Assembly: GCF_009914755.1 (NCBI RefSeq) | Contig: NC_060946.1 | Reading direction: 5' to 3' (one strand) | From: the human T2T-CHM13v2.0 reference genome, Homo sapiens | DNA: 64,000 nucleotides | Part shown: positions 36,062 to 54,600 of the stretch, piece by piece | How positions within the stretch are numbered: position 1 is the first letter of the stretch | How the letters are laid out: every line of letters starts with the position of its first letter | Made by a program: the position numbers and the translations under genes | The notes under the pieces: model-generated | Databases searched by the model: none | What the model was told of the DNA's origin: nothing | What the model saw: the letters and a program-made list of their open reading frames with translations, nothing else

Positions 36062-39000
36062 TGACACATCTCTGAACTGATCAACAAAGTAATGTAACTC
36101 TTGTCTAGGCTCTGCCTACAGGGGCTTTGTGACATATCTCTGCAGTGATCACCCAGGTGATGGGACCTTTGTCTAGGCTCTGCCTATGGGGGCATTGTGA
36201 CATATCTCTACACTGATCACCCAGGTGATGCAACTCTTGTGTTGGATCTGCCTATGGGGGCATTGTGACATATTTCTGCACTGATCACCCAGGTGATGGG
36301 ACATTTGTCTAGGCTCCGTGTATGGGGGCTTTGCGACATATCTGATCACTGATCACCCAGGTGATGTAACCCTTGACTAGGCCCTCCCTACGGGGCATAG
36401 TGACATATCACTGTATTGATCACTGAGGTGATGTAACTCTTGTCCAGGCTCTCCCTATAGGGGGCCTAGTGACATATTTCTGCACTGATCATCTAGGTGA
36501 TGTAACTCCCTCTGACACTCTACCTGCAGGGGCACTGTGAAATATCTCTGCACTGATCATCCAGGTGATGGGACTCTTCTCTAGGCTTTGCCTACTGTGG
36601 GCATTGTCACATATTTCTGCACTGATCACCCAGGTGACGGACTCTTGTCTTGTATTTGCCTATGGGAACATTGTGACATATCTCTGCACTGATCACCCAC
36701 GTGATGTAACTCTGGTCTAAGCTCTGCCTAAAGGGGCATTGTGAGAGATCTCTGCACTGATCACTCAGGTGATGTAACTATTGTCTAGGCTCTGCTTAAA
36801 GGGGCCTTGTCACATATCTGTTAACTGATCACCCAGGTGTTGTAACCCTTGCCTAGGCTCTGCCTACAGGAGCTTTGTGACATATCTCTGCACTGATCAC
36901 TTAGGTGATGTGACACTTTTATAAGCAGTGCCTACAGGGAATTTTGACAAATCTCTGCACTGATCACTTAGGTGATGTAATTCTTGTCTACCCTCTGCCC
37001 AAAGGGGGCATTGTGAAATGTCTCTGCTCTGATCACCCAGGTGATTCAACTCCTGTCTAGGATCTGCCTACAGGAGAATTGTGAAATATCTCTGTACTGA
37101 TCAACTAGGTGATGTAACTCTTGTCAAGGCTCTGCCTACAAGGGCGTTTTCACATATCCCTGAACTGATAACAAAGGTGATGTAACGCCTACAGGGGACA
37201 TTGTGATATATAGCTGCACTGATAACCCAGGTGATGCAACTCTTCTCTATGCTCTGCCTACAGGGGACATTGTGTCATATCTCTGCACTGATCACCCAGG
37301 TGATGCAACTCTTCTCTATGCTCTGCCTACAGGGGACATTGTGACATATCTCTGCACTGATCGCTGAGATGATTTAAAACGTGTCTAGGCTTTGCCTACA
37401 GTGGGATTTATGACATTTCTCTGCACTGGTCACCGATGTGATGTAACTCTTCTCTAGGCTCTGCTTAAAGGGGCTATTGTGAGATATCTCTGCACTGATC
37501 ACCCAGGTGATGTAACTCTTGTCTAGGCTATGCCTACAGGTGCATTTTCACATATCACTGCACTGATCACCGAGATTATGTAACTCTTGTAAAGGCTTTG
37601 CCAACAAGGGGCATTGAGACATGTCTCTGCACTGATTACCGAGGTGATGCAACTCTGGTCTGGTATCTGCCTACAGGGGGCATTGTGACATATCTTTGCC
37701 CGGAACACCCAGATGATGTAACTCTTGTCTAGGCTCTACCTACAGGAGGCATTGTGACATATCTCCGCACTGATCACCCAGGTGATGTCATTTTATCAAG
37801 GATATGGCTACAGCGATATTGTGACATCTCACTGCACTGATCACACAGGTGATGTAACATTATCTAGGCTCTGCCTACCGTGGCGTTTTGACATAGCTCT
37901 GCACAGATCACCTAGGTTATGTAACTCTTGTCCACTCTCTGCCTACAGGGGGCATTGTGAAATATCTCTGCACGGATCACCCAGGTGATGGGACTCTTCT
38001 CTATACTCTGCCTAGAGGGGAATTTGTGACATATCTCTGCACTGATCAACCAGGTGATGGAAGTCTTGTCTAGGCTCTGTCTATGGGGAGATTGTGTCAA
38101 ATATCTGCACTGATCACCCAGGTAATGTAACTCTTTCCTAGACTCTGTCTACAGGGATTTTTGTGACATATCACTGCACTGATCACCTAGGTGATGTAAG
38201 CCTTGTATGAGCTTTGCCTACAGAAGGCTTTGTGACATATCTATGCACTGATCTCTGAGGTGATGCAACTCTTGTCTAGGCACTGCCTACATTGGACATT
38301 GGTACATATCTCTGCACTGATCACCCAGGTGATGGACTCTTGTCTTAGATCTGCCTACATGGACATAGTGACACATCTCTGAACTGATCAACCAAGTGAT
38401 GAAACTATTGTCTAGGCTCTGCCTACAAGGGCTTTGTGACACATCTCTGCACTGATCACCCTGCTGATGTAAGTCTGGTCTAAGGTCTGCCTAAAGGGGC
38501 ATTGTGACAGATCTCTGCACTGATCACTCCGGTGATGTAACTATTGTCTAAGCTCTGCTTTAAGGGGCTTTGTCACATATCTCTGCACTGATAACCCAGG
38601 TGATGTAACACTTCTCTACGCTCTGCTTACAGGGAGTATTGTGTCTTATCTCTGCACTGATCACCTAAGTGATATAACTATTGTGTAGGCTCTGCCTACA
38701 GGGGCATTTTGACATATCTCTGCACTGTTAACCGAGGTAATGTAACTCTTGTCTAGGCTGTGCCCACAGGGGGATTGAGACATATCTCTGCCCTGATCCC
38801 GAGGTGATCCAACTCTTGCCTGGTCTCTGCCTACTGGGGAAATTGTGACTTATCTCTGCAATGATCTCCCAGGTGCTGTAACTATAGCCTAGGCTCTGGC
38901 TACACGGCATTGTGACATATCACTGCACTGATCACCCTGGTGATATAACACTTGTCTAGGCTCTGCCTACAAGGGGCTTGTGACATATCCCTGCAATGAT

Positions 39001-42000
39001 CACCTACGTGATGTACCAATTGTCAAGGCTCTGCCTACAGAGACATTGCGATGAATCTCTGCACTGATCACCTAGGTCATGGAACCCTTGTCTAGGTTCT
39101 GCATACAGTGGCATTGTGACATATCTCTACACTGATCACCCAGGTGATGTAACTCTTTCCTAGGATCTGCCTACAGGATACTTTGTGACATATCCCTGCA
39201 ATTTTCACCCAGATGATGTACCACTTTTCAAGGCTCTGGCTACAGGGACATTGCGATGTATCTCTGCACTGATCACCTAGGTCATGTAACTCTTGTCTAG
39301 TCTATGCCTACAATGGCATTGTGACATATCTCTGCACTAATCATCCAAGTGATGTAACACTTGTCTAGGATCTGCCTAAAGGGACTTTGTGACATAATTC
39401 TGCACTGATCATCCAGGTGAGTGGGCTTTTGTCTAGGCTCTGCCTAAGGGGTCATTATGACATATTTCTGCACTGACCACCAAGGTGATGAACTGTTGTC
39501 TTGGATCTGCCTATGGGGTCATTGTGACATATCTCTGCACTAATAACCCAGGTGATGTAACTGTTGTATAAGCTCTGCCTACAGGGGAATTGTAAGAGAT
39601 CTCGCCACTGATCACCCAAGTGATGTAACCATTTTCTAGGCTTTGCCTACAGGGGGCTTTGTGACATATCTTTGCACTGATCACTCAGGTGATGTAACTC
39701 ATCTAAGTTCTGCCTACAGGAGCTTTGTGACATATCTCTGCACTGATCACTTAGGTGATGTAACACTTTTATAAGCACTGCCTACAGGGAATTTTGACAA
39801 ATCTCTGCAGTGATCACCTAGGTGATGTAACTCTTTTCTAGAATCTGCCTACAGGGTGCTTTGTGACATATCCCTCCAATGATCATGCAGGTGATGTACC
39901 AGTTGTCAAAGCTCTGCCTACTGGGACATTGCGATGTATCTCTGCACTGATCACCTAGGTCATGTAACTCTTGTCTAGACTCTGCCTTCAGTGGCACTGT
40001 GACATATCTCTGCACAGATCACCAAGATGATTCAACTCTTGTCTAGGATCTGCCTACAGGGGGTATTGTGAAATATCACTGCACTGATCAACTAGGTGGT
40101 GTAACTCTTGTCTGGGCTCTGCCTACGGGGTCGTTTTTACATATCCCTGAACTGATGACAAAGGTGTTGTACCTCTTGCCTAGGATTTGCCTACAGGGGA
40201 CATTATGACATATCTCTGCACTGATCACCCAGGTGATGCAACTCTTTTCTATGCTCTGCCTACAGGGGATATTGTGACATATCTCTGCACTGATCACCCA
40301 GGTGATGCAACTCTTCTCTATGCTCTGCCTACAGGGGGCATATTGACATATCTCTGCACTGATCACCCAGGTGATGTAACTCTTTTTTAGTCTCTGCCTA
40401 CAGAGGGCGTTGTGACATCACTCTGCATGGATCACAAGGGTTATGGAACTCTTGTCTATGCTCTGCCTACGGAGGCATTGTGACTTATCTCTGCACTGAT
40501 CACCCAGGAGATGTGACTCTTGTCCAAGCTCTGCCTAGAGGGACATTGGGACATATCTCTGCACTGATCGCTGAGGTGATGTAAAACTTGTCTAGACTTT
40601 GCCTACTGTGGGATTTATGACATATCTCTGCACTGATCACCCAGGTGATGTAACTATTTTTTAGGCTCTACTTACAGGGGGTATGGTGAGATATCTCTGC
40701 ACTGATCACCCAGGTGATGTAACTGTTGCCTAGGCTCTGCCTACAGGGGCATTTTAACATAACACTGAATGGATCACCGAGATGATGTAACTCTTGTTTA
40801 GACTTCGCCGTCACGGGGCATTGAGACATATCTCTGCACTGATCACCGAGGTGATGCAACTCTTTTCTGGGATGTGCTTACAGGGGGCATTGTGACATAT
40901 CTCTGCCCTGATCCCCCAGGTGATGTAACTCTTGTCTAGGCTCTGCCTACTGGAGACATTGTGACATATCTCCGCACTGATCCCCCAGGTTATGTCGCTT
41001 TTGTCAAGGATATGGCTACAGGGGCATGGTGACATGTCACTGCACTGATCACACAGCTGATGTAACACTTGTCTAGGCTCTGGCTACAGGGGCCTTGTGA
41101 CACATCTCTGCACTGATCACCCAGGTGATGTAACCATTGTCTAGGCTCTCCCAAATGGGGCATTGTGACATAACTCTGAACTGATCACGCAGGTGATGGG
41201 ACTCTTGTCTAGGCTCTGCCTACAGGGGCATTGTGACATATCTCTGCAGTGATCACGCAGGTGATGTAACTCTTGTCTATATCTGCCTACTGGCGGCATT
41301 GTGGCATATTTCTGCACTGATCACCCAGGTGATGGGCTCTTGTCTTGGATCTGCCTATGGGGTCATAGTGACATATCTCTGCACTGATCACTCTTGTGAT
41401 GTAACGCTTGCCTAAGCTGCGCCTAAAGGGGAATTGTGACAGATATCTCCACTGATCACCCAGGTGATGTAACAATTTTCTGGTATTTGTCTAGAGGGGG
41501 CTTTGTGACATATCTTTGCACTGATCACCCAGGAGATGTATCTCTTGTTTAGACTCTGCCTACAGGTGCTTTGTGACATATTTCTGTACTGATCACCCAG
41601 GTGATGTAACTCTTCTCTAGGCTCCGCCTACAGGGGTTATTGTGACGTATCTCTGCACTGATCACCCAGGTGATGTAGTTCTTGTCTAGGCTCCACCTAA
41701 GGGGGTATTGTGACGTATCTCTGCACTTATCACCCAGGTGATGTAACATTTATCTAGGCTCTGCCTGCAGGGGCGTTTTGACATAGCTCTGCACTGATCA
41801 CCTAGATTATGTAACTCTTGTCCACTCTCTGCCTACAGGGGGCATTGTGAAATATATCCTCATTGATCACCCAGGTGATGGGACTCTTCTCTATACTCTG
41901 CTTAGAGAGGCATATGTAACATATCTCTGCACTGATCACCCAGGTGATGTAACTCTTGTGTAGGCTCTGCTTACAGGGGAATTGTGAGATATCCCTGCAC

Positions 42001-45000
42001 TGATCACCCAGCTGATATAACTCTGGTCTAAGCTCTGCCTAAAGGGGCATTGTGACAGACCTCTGCACTGATCACTCAGGTGATGTAACTAATGTCTAGG
42101 CTCTGCTTAAAGGGGCCTTGTCACATATCTTTTGCCCTGTCACCCAGGCGATGTTACTCTTGTCTAGGCTCTGCTAACAGGGGGTATTTTGACATATCTC
42201 TGAACTGATTACCTAAGTGATGTAACACTTGTGTAGGCTTTGTCTACAGGGGAATTTTGACATATCTCTGCACTGTTAACCAAGGTGATGTAACTCTTGT
42301 CTAGGCTGTGCTCACAGGGGGATTGAGACATATCTCTGCACTGATCCCGAGGCGATCCTGGTCTCTGCCTACTGGGGATATTGTGACATATCTCTGCACT
42401 GATCTCCCAGGTGCTGTAACTTTAGTCCAGGCTCTGGCTACACGGCATTGTGACATATCACTGCACTGATCACCTAGGTGATATAACTCTTTTCTGAGCT
42501 CTGCCTACAGGGGGCTTGTGACATATCTCTGCACAGATCACCCAGGTGATATAACTCTTCACTAGGATCTGCCTACAGGGTGCTTTGTGACATATCCCTG
42601 CAATTATCACCAATGTGATATACCACTTGTCAAGGCTCTGCCTACAGGGGCATTGCGATGTATCTCTGCACTGATCACCTAGGTCATGTAACTCTTGTCT
42701 AGGCTCTGCCTACAATGGCATTGTGACATATCTCTGCACTGATCACCCAGGTGATGTAACTCTTGCCTAGGCTCCAACTACAGGGATATTGTGACGTATC
42801 TCTGCCCTGATCACCCAGGTGATATAACTCTTGTCTAGGCTGCACCTACAGGGGTATTGTGACGTATCTCTGCACTGATCACCCAGGTGATGTAACATTT
42901 TTCTAGGCTCTGCCTACAAGGGCATTTTGACATAGCTCTTCACAGATCACCTAGGTTATGTAACTCTTTTACACTCTCTGCCTACAGGGGGCATTGAGAA
43001 ATATCTCTGCACTGATCATACAGGTGATGGGACTCTTCTCTAGGACCTGCCTACTGGGGGCATGTTCACATATTTGTGCCCTTATCACTCAGATGATGGA
43101 CTCTTGTCTGGGATTTGCCTATGGGGGCATTGTGACATATCTCTGCTCTGATCACCCAGGTGATGTAACTCTTTTCTAGTGTCTGCCTACAGAGGGCGTT
43201 GTGACATCACTCTGCACGGTTCACCTGGGTTATGTAACTCTTCTATAGGCTCTGGCTATGGGGGCATTGTGACATAACTCTGCACTAATCACCCACGAGA
43301 TGTGACTGTTGTCTAAGCTCTGCCTAGAGGGACATTGGGACATATCTCTGCACTGATCGCTGAGGTGATGTAACACTTGTCAAGGCTTTGCCTACAGTGG
43401 GATTTATGACCTATATCTGCACTGATCACCCAGGTGATGTAAGTCTTTTATAGGCTCTGCCTACAGGGGCATTTTAACATATCACTGCACTGATCACCAA
43501 GATGATGTAACTCTTGTATAGGCTTCGCTGACAGGGGTCATTGAGACATATCTCTGCACTGATCACCGAGGTGATGCAACTCTTGTCTGGGATCTGCTTA
43601 CAGGGGGCATTGTGACATATCTCTGCCCTGATCACCCAGGTGATGTAACTCTTGTCTGGACTCTGCCTAATGAAGACATTGTGACATATTTCCGCACTGA
43701 TCACCCAGGTGTTGTCACTTTTGTCAAGGATATGGCTACAGGGACATTTTGACATGTCACTGCACTGATCACACAGCTGATGTAACTCTTGTCTAGGCTC
43801 TGGCTACAGGGGGCTTGTGACACATCTCTGCACTGATCACCCAGGTGATGTAACCCTTTTCTAGACTCTTCCAAAAGGGGACATTGTGACATAACTCTGC
43901 ACTGATAACCCAGGTGATGGGACTCTAGTCGAGGCTCTGCCTACAGGGTCATTGCGACATATCTCTGCAGTGATCACGCAGGTGATGTAACTCTTGTGTA
44001 TATATGCCTACTGGAGGCATTGTGGCATATTTCTGCACTGATCACCCAGGTGATGGACTCTTGTCTTGGATCTGCCTATGGGGGCATGGTGACATATCTC
44101 TACACCGATCACTCATGTGATGTAACGTTTGTCTAAGCTGCGCCTAAAGGGGAATTGTGATAGATATCTCCACTGATCACCCAGGTCGTGTAACAATTTT
44201 CTAGGATTTGTCTACAGGGGTCTTTGCGAAATACCTTTGCACTGATCACCCAGGAGAAGTAACTCTTGTCTAGGCTCGGCCTACAGGGGCTTTGTGACAT
44301 ATTTCTGCACTGATCACCCAGGTGATGTAACTCTTCTTTAGGCTCTGCCTTCAGGGGCTTTGTGACATATCTCTGCACTGATCACCCAGGTGATGTAAGT
44401 CTTGTCTACGCTCCACCTACAGGGGGTATTTTGACATGTCTCTGCACTGATCACCCAGGTGATGTAACATTTATCTAGTCTCTGCCTACAAGGGCGTTTT
44501 GACATACCTCTGCACAGATCACCTAGGTTATGTAACTCTTGTCCACTCTCTGCCTTCAGGGGGCATTGTGAAATATCTCTGCACTGATCACCCAGGTGAT
44601 GGGACTCTTCTCTATACTCTGCCTAGAGTTGGAATTGTGACATATCTCTGCACTGATCACCCAGGTGATGGAAGGCTTGTCTAGGCTCTATCTATGGGGG
44701 CATTGTGTCAAATATCTGCACTGATCACCCAGATGATGTAACTCTTTTCTAGGTCCTGTCTACAGGGATTTTTGTGACGTATCACTGCACTGATCACCTA
44801 GGTGATGTAAGCCTTGTATGGGCTTTTCCTACAGAAGGCTTTGTGACATATCTATGCACTGATCTCTGAGGTGATGCAACTCTTGTCTAGGCACTGCCTA
44901 CAGGGGACGTTGGTACATATCTCTGCACTGATCACCCAGGTGATGGACTCTTGTCTTAGATCTGCCCACATGGACATTGTGACACATCTCTGACCTGATC

Positions 45001-45860
45001 AACCAAGTGATGAAACTCTTGTCTAGGCTCTGCCTACAGGGGCTTTGTGACACATCTCTGCACTGATCACCCTGGGGAGGGAACTCTGGTCTACGGTCTG
45101 CCTACAGGAGGCTTTATGACTTATACCTGCACTGATAAACTAGGTGATGTAACACTTGTCTAGACTCTGCCTTCACGGGAATTCTCACATATCTCTGAAC
45201 TGATCACCCAGTTAATGTAACTCATTTCTAGGTTCAGCCTATAGGAGCGTTTTGACATATCTCTGCACTGATCACTAATGTGATGTAACCCTTGTCTTAG
45301 CTCTGCCTACAGGGGCATTGTGAAAGATCTCTCCACTGCTCACCCAGGTGATGTAACAATTGTCTGGGTTTTGCCTACAGGGAACTTTGTGATATACATT
45401 TCCACTGATCAAACAGATGATGTAACCCTTGTCAAAGTTTTGCTTACAGGGGCTTTGTGACATAGCTCTGCACTGATCACCCCAGGGAGGAAACACTTTT
45501 CTACACTCTGCCTACAGGAGGCTTTATGACTTATCCCTGCACTGATCCTTAGGTGATGTAATACTTGTCTGGGCTCTGTCTACAAGTGAATTTTCACATA
45601 TATGTACACTGATCACCTAAGTGATGTAACCCTTGTGTAGGTTCAGCCTACTGGGGATTTCTGACATACATATGCACTGATCACCGAGGTGATGTAAATT
45701 ATTTCCAGGCTTTTTGTACAGGGGACATTGTGATATATCTCTGCACTGATCACCCAAATGATGCAAATCTTCCCTAGACTCCGCAGGAAGGGGACATTGT
45801 GACATATTTCTGAGCTGATCATCCAGGAGATGTAACTATTCTCCAGGCTTTGACTAAGGA
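36062..45860 (-). repeat. Beta-satellite block 5
   Basis: Reverse-oriented 68-bp monomers. Confidence 0.97.
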
Positions 45861-48627
<2,767 letters not shown>

Positions 48628-51600
48628 TGACACATCTCTAAACTGATCGACAAAGTGAAGTAACACTTGTCTAGGCTCTGCCTACAGGGGCTTTGTGACA
48701 TATCTCTGCAGTGATCACCCAGGTGATGGGACTTTTGTCTAGCCTCTGCCTATGGGGGCATTGTGACATATCTCTTCACTGATCACCCAGGTGATGTAAC
48801 TGTTGTGTTGGATCTGCCTATGGGGGCATTGTGAGATATTTCTGCACTGGTCACCCAGGTGATGGGACCCTTGTCTAGCCTCTGTGTACGGGGGCTTTGT
48901 GACATATCTCTGCACTGATCACCCAGGTGATGTAACGATTGACTAGGCTCTGTCTACGGGGCATAGTGACATATCACTACATTGATCACCGAGGTGATGT
49001 AACTCTTGCCCAGACTCGGCCAATAAATGGCCTTGTGACATATCTCTGCGCTGGTCACCAAGGTGATATAACAGTTGCTTACGCTCTGGCTGCAGGGGCA
49101 TTGTGAAATATCTCTGCACTGATCCCCCAGGTGATGGGACTCATTTCTAGGCTCTGCCTCCTGGGGGAATTGTCATATATTTCTGCACTGATCACCCAGG
49201 TAACAGACTCTTGTCTTGGATTTGCCTATGGGGGCATTGTGACATATCTCTGCACTGATCACCCAGGTGATGTAACCCTGCTCTAAGCTCTGCCTAAAGG
49301 GGCATTGTGACAGGTCTCTGCAATGATCACTCAGGTGATGTAACTATTGTCTAGGCTCTGCTTAAATGGACCTTGTCACATATCACTGCACTGATCACCC
49401 AGGTGATGTAACTCTTGTCTAGGCTCTGCTTTCAGGTGGTATTGTGACATATCCCTGCATTGATCACCTAAGTGATGTAACACTTGTGTAGGCTCTGCCT
49501 ACAGGGGCATTTTGACATATCTCTGCACTGTTAAACGAGGTGATGTAACTCTTGTCTAGGCTGTGCCCACAGGGGTATTGATACACGTCTCTGCACTGAT
49601 CCCGAGGTGATCGAACTCTTGTCTGGTCTCTGCCTACTGGGGACATTGTGACATAATTCTGCACTGATCTCCCAGGTGCTGTAACTTCAATCTAGGCTCT
49701 GGCTACACGGCATTGTGACATATCACTGCACTGATCACCCAGGTGATATAAATCTTGTCTAGGCTGTACCTACAGGGGGTTTGTGACACATCTCTGCATT
49801 AATCACCCAGGTGATATAACTCTTCTCTAGGATCTGCATACAGGGTGCTTTGTGACATATCCCTGCAATGATCACCCAGGTGATATACCACTTGTCAAGG
49901 CTCTGCCTACAGGGGCATTGTGACAGAACACTGCACTGATCACCCCGGTGATGGAACCCTTGTCTAGGCTCTTCCAACCGTGGCATTGTGACATATCTCT
50001 GCACAGATCACGCAGGTGATGTAAATCTTTTCTAGGATCTACCTACAGGGTGCTTTGTGACATGTCTCTGCAGTGATCACCCAGGTGATATACCACTTGT
50101 CAAGGCTCCGCCTACAGGGACATTGCGATGTATCTCTGCACTGATCACCTATGTCATGTAACTCTTGTCTAGTCTCTGCCTACAGTGGCATTGTGACATA
50201 TCTCTGCACTGATCATCCAAGTGATGTAACTCTTGTCTAGGATCTGCCTAAAGGGACTTTGTAACATAACTCTGCACTGATCATCCAGGTGATGGGGCTT
50301 TTGTCTAGGCTCTGCCTAAGGGGGCATTGTGACAGATTTCTGCACTGATCACCCAGGTGACGGACTCTTGTCTTGGATCTGCCTATGGGCGCATTTTGAC
50401 ATACCTCTGCACTGATCACCCAGGTGATGTAACTATTGTATAAGCTATCCCTACAGGGGAATTGTGAGAGATCTCACCACTGATCACCCAAGTGATATAA
50501 TTATTGTCTAGGCTTTGCCTACAGTGGGCTTTGTGACATACCATTGCACTGATCAGCCAGGTGATGTAACTCATCTAAGTTTTGCCTACAGGAGCTTTGT
50601 GACATATCTCTACACTGATCACTTAGGTGACGTAACGATTTTATAAGCACTGCCTACAGGGAATTTTGACAAATCTCTGCACTGATCACCTAGGTGATGT
50701 AACTCTTGTCTACCCTCTGCCCAAAAGGGGCATTGTGAAATATCTCTGCACTGATCACCCAGGTGATTCAACTCTTGTCTAGGATCTGCCTACAGGGGGT
50801 ATTGTGAAATATCTCTGCACTGATAAACCAGGTGACGTAAATGTTGTCTAGTCTCTGCCTACAGGGGCGTTTTCATATATCCCTGAACTGATGACAAAGG
50901 TGATGTAACTCTTGCATAGGCTTTGCCTACAGGGTACATTGTGACATATCTCTGCACTGATTACCCAGGTGATGCAACTCTTCTCTATGCTCTGCCTACA
51001 TGGGACATTGTGACATATCTCTGCAGTGATCACCCAGGTGATGTAACTCTTTTCTAGTCTCAGCCTCCAGAGGGCGTTGTGACATCACTCTGCTCAGATC
51101 ACCCGGGTTATGTAACTCTTGTCTAGGCTCTGCCTACGGGGGCATTGTGACTTATCTCTGCACTGATCACCCAGGAGATGTGACTCTTTTCTAAGCTCTG
51201 CCTAGATGGATATTGGGACATATCTCTGCACTGATCGCTGAGGTGATGCAAAACTTGTCTAGGCTTTGCCTACAGTGGGATTTATGACGTATCCCTGCAC
51301 TGATCACCCAGGTGATGTAAATCTTGTCTAGGCTCTGTTTACGGGGGGTATTGTGAGATAACTCTTCACTGATCACCCAGGTGATGTAACTCTTTTCTAA
51401 GCTCTGCCTAGAGGGACATTGGGACACATCTCTACACTGATCGCTGAGGGGAAGTAAAACTTATCTAGGTTTTCCTACAGTGGGATTTATGACATATCTC
51501 TGCACTGATCACCCAGGTGATGTAATTCTTGTCTAGGCTCTGCCTACAGGGGCATTTTAACATATCACTGCACTGATCACCGAGATGATGTAACTCTTGT

Positions 51601-54600
51601 ATAGGCTTCACTGACAGGGGGCATTGAGACATACATGTGCCCTGATCACCAAGGTGATGCAACTCTTGTCTGGGATCTGCTTACAGGGGGCATTGTGACA
51701 TATATGTGCCCTGATCACCCAGGTGATGTAACTCTTGTCTAGGCTCTGCCTACTGGAGACATTGTGACATATCTCCGCACTTATCAACCAGTTGATGTCA
51801 CTTTTCTCAAGGATATGGCTACAGGGACATTGTGACATGTCACTGCACTGATCACACAGCTGATGAAACACTAGTCTAGGCTCTGGCTACAGAGGCCTTG
51901 TGACACATCTCTGCACTGATCACCCAGGTGATGTAACCCTTGTCTAGGCTCTGCCAAAATGGGGCATTGTGACATAACTCTGCAGTGATCACGCAGGTGA
52001 TATAACTCTTGTCTATATTTGCCTACTGGTGGCATTGTGGCATATTTCGGCACTGATCACCCAGGTGATGGACTCTTGTCTTGGATCTGCCTTTGAGGGC
52101 ATAGTGACATATCTCTGCACTGATCACTCATGTGATGTAACGCTTGTCTAAGCTGCGCCTAAAGGGGAATTGTGACAGATATCTCTACTGATCACCCAGG
52201 TGATGTAAAAATTTTTTGGGATTTGTCTACAGGGGGCTTTGTGACATATTCCTGAACTGATCACCCAGGTGATGTGACTCTTGTCTAGGCTCCACCTACA
52301 GGGGATGTTGTGACGTATCTCTGCACTGATCACGCAGGTGATGTAACTCTTGTCTAGGCTCCACCTACAGGGGGTATTGTGACGTATCTCTGCCTGATCA
52401 TCCACGTGATGTAACTCTTCTCTAGGCTCTGCTTACAGGGTGTATTGTGAGATATCTCTGCACAGATCAGCCAGGTGAAGGAAGTCTTTTCTAGGCTCTG
52501 TCTATGGGGGCATTGTGTCAAATATCTGCACTGATCACCCAGGTGATGTAAATCCTGTCCAGCCTCTGCCTACAGGGGCATTTTAACATATAACTGCACT
52601 GATAACCCAGATGATGTAACTCTTGTGTAGGCTTCCCTAACAGGGGGCATTGAGACATATCTCTGCACTGATCACCGAGGTGATGAAACTCTTCTCTGGG
52701 ATCTGCTTACAAGGGGCATTGTGACATATCTCTGCCATGATCACCAAGGTGATATAACTCTTGTCTAGGCTCTGCCTACTGTAGACACTGTGACATATCT
52801 CCGCACTTATAACCCAGGTCATGTCACTTTTTTCAAGGATATGGCTACAAGGACATTTTGACATGTCACTGCACTGATCACACTGCTGATATAACACTTG
52901 TCTAGGCTTTGCTGACAGGGGGCTTGTGACACATCTCTGCACTGATCAACCAGGTGATGTGACTCTTGTCTATGCTCTGCCTACAGGGGCAATGTGACAT
53001 ATCTCTGCAGTGATCACGCAGGTGATGTAACTATTGTCTATATCTGCCTACTGATGGCATTGTGGCATATTTCTGCACTGATCACCCAGGTGATGGACTC
53101 TTGTCTTGGATCTGCCCATGAGGCATAGTGACATATCTCTGCACTGATCACTCATGTGATGAAACGCTTGTCTAAGCTGCGCCTAAAGGGGAATTGTGAC
53201 AGATATCTCCACTGATCACCCAGGTGATGTAACAATTTTCTGGGATTTGTCTACTGGGGGCTTTGTGACATATCTTTGCACTGATCACCCAGGAGATGTA
53301 ACTCTTGTCTAGGCTCAGCCTACAGGTGTTTTGTGACATAGTTCTGCACTGATCACCCAGGTGATGTAACACTTGTCTAGGCTCCGCCTACAGGGGCTTT
53401 GTGACATATCTCTGCACTGATCACCCGGGTGATGTAACTCTTGTCTAGGCTCCACCTACAGGGGGTATTGTGACGTATCTCTCCACTGATCACCCAGGTG
53501 ATGTAACATTTTTCTAGGCTCTGCCTACTGGGGCGTTTTGACATAGCTCTGCACAGATCACCTAGGTTGTGTTACTCTTGTCCACTTTCTGCCTACAGGG
53601 GGCATTGTGAAATATCTCTGCACTGATCCCCCAGGTAATGGGACCTTTCTCTTTACTCTGCCTAGAGGGGGATTTGTGACATATCTCTGCACTGAACACC
53701 CAGGTGATGTGCCACTTGTCAAGGCTCTGCCTACAGGACATTGTGATGTATCTCTGCACTGATCACCTAGGTGATGTAACTCTTGTCTAGGCTGTTTCTA
53801 CAGTGGCATTGTGACATATCTCTGCACTGATCATCCAAGTGAAGTAACTCTTGTCTAGTATCTGCCTAAAGGGACTTTGTGACATAACTCTGCACTGATC
53901 ATCCAGGTGATGGGCTTTTGTCTAGGCTCTGCCTAGGGGGCATTGTGGCATATTTCTGCACTGATCACCCAGGGGATGGACTCTTGTCTTGGATCTGCCT
54001 ATGGGGGCATTGTGACATATTTCTGCACTGATCACCCAGGTGATGTAACTGTTGTATAAGCTCTGCCTACAAGGGAATTGTGAGAGATCTCGCCACTGAT
54101 CACCCAAGTGATGTAACTATTCTCTAGGCTTTGCCTATAGGGGGCTTTGTGACATACCTTTGCACTGATCAGCCAGGTGACGTAACTCAGCTAAGTTCTG
54201 CCTACAGGAGCTTTGTGACATATCTCTGCACTGATCACTTAGGTGATGTAACACTTTTACAAGCACTGCCTACAGGGAATTTTGACGAATCTCTGCACGG
54301 ATCATGTAGGTGATGTAACTCTTGTATACCCTCTGCCCAAAGGGGGCATTGTGAAATATCTCTGCACTGATCACCCAGGAGATTCAACTCTTTTCTACGA
54401 TCTGCCTACAGGGGGTATTGTGAGATATCTCTGCACTGATCAACTAGGTGTTGTAAATAGTTTCTAGGCTCTGCCTACAGGGGCGTTTTCTCGTTTCCCT
54501 GAACTGATGACAAAGGTGACGTAACTCTTGCCTTGGATTTGCCTACAGGGGACATTGTGACATACCTCTGCACTGATCACCCAGGTGATGCAACTCCTCT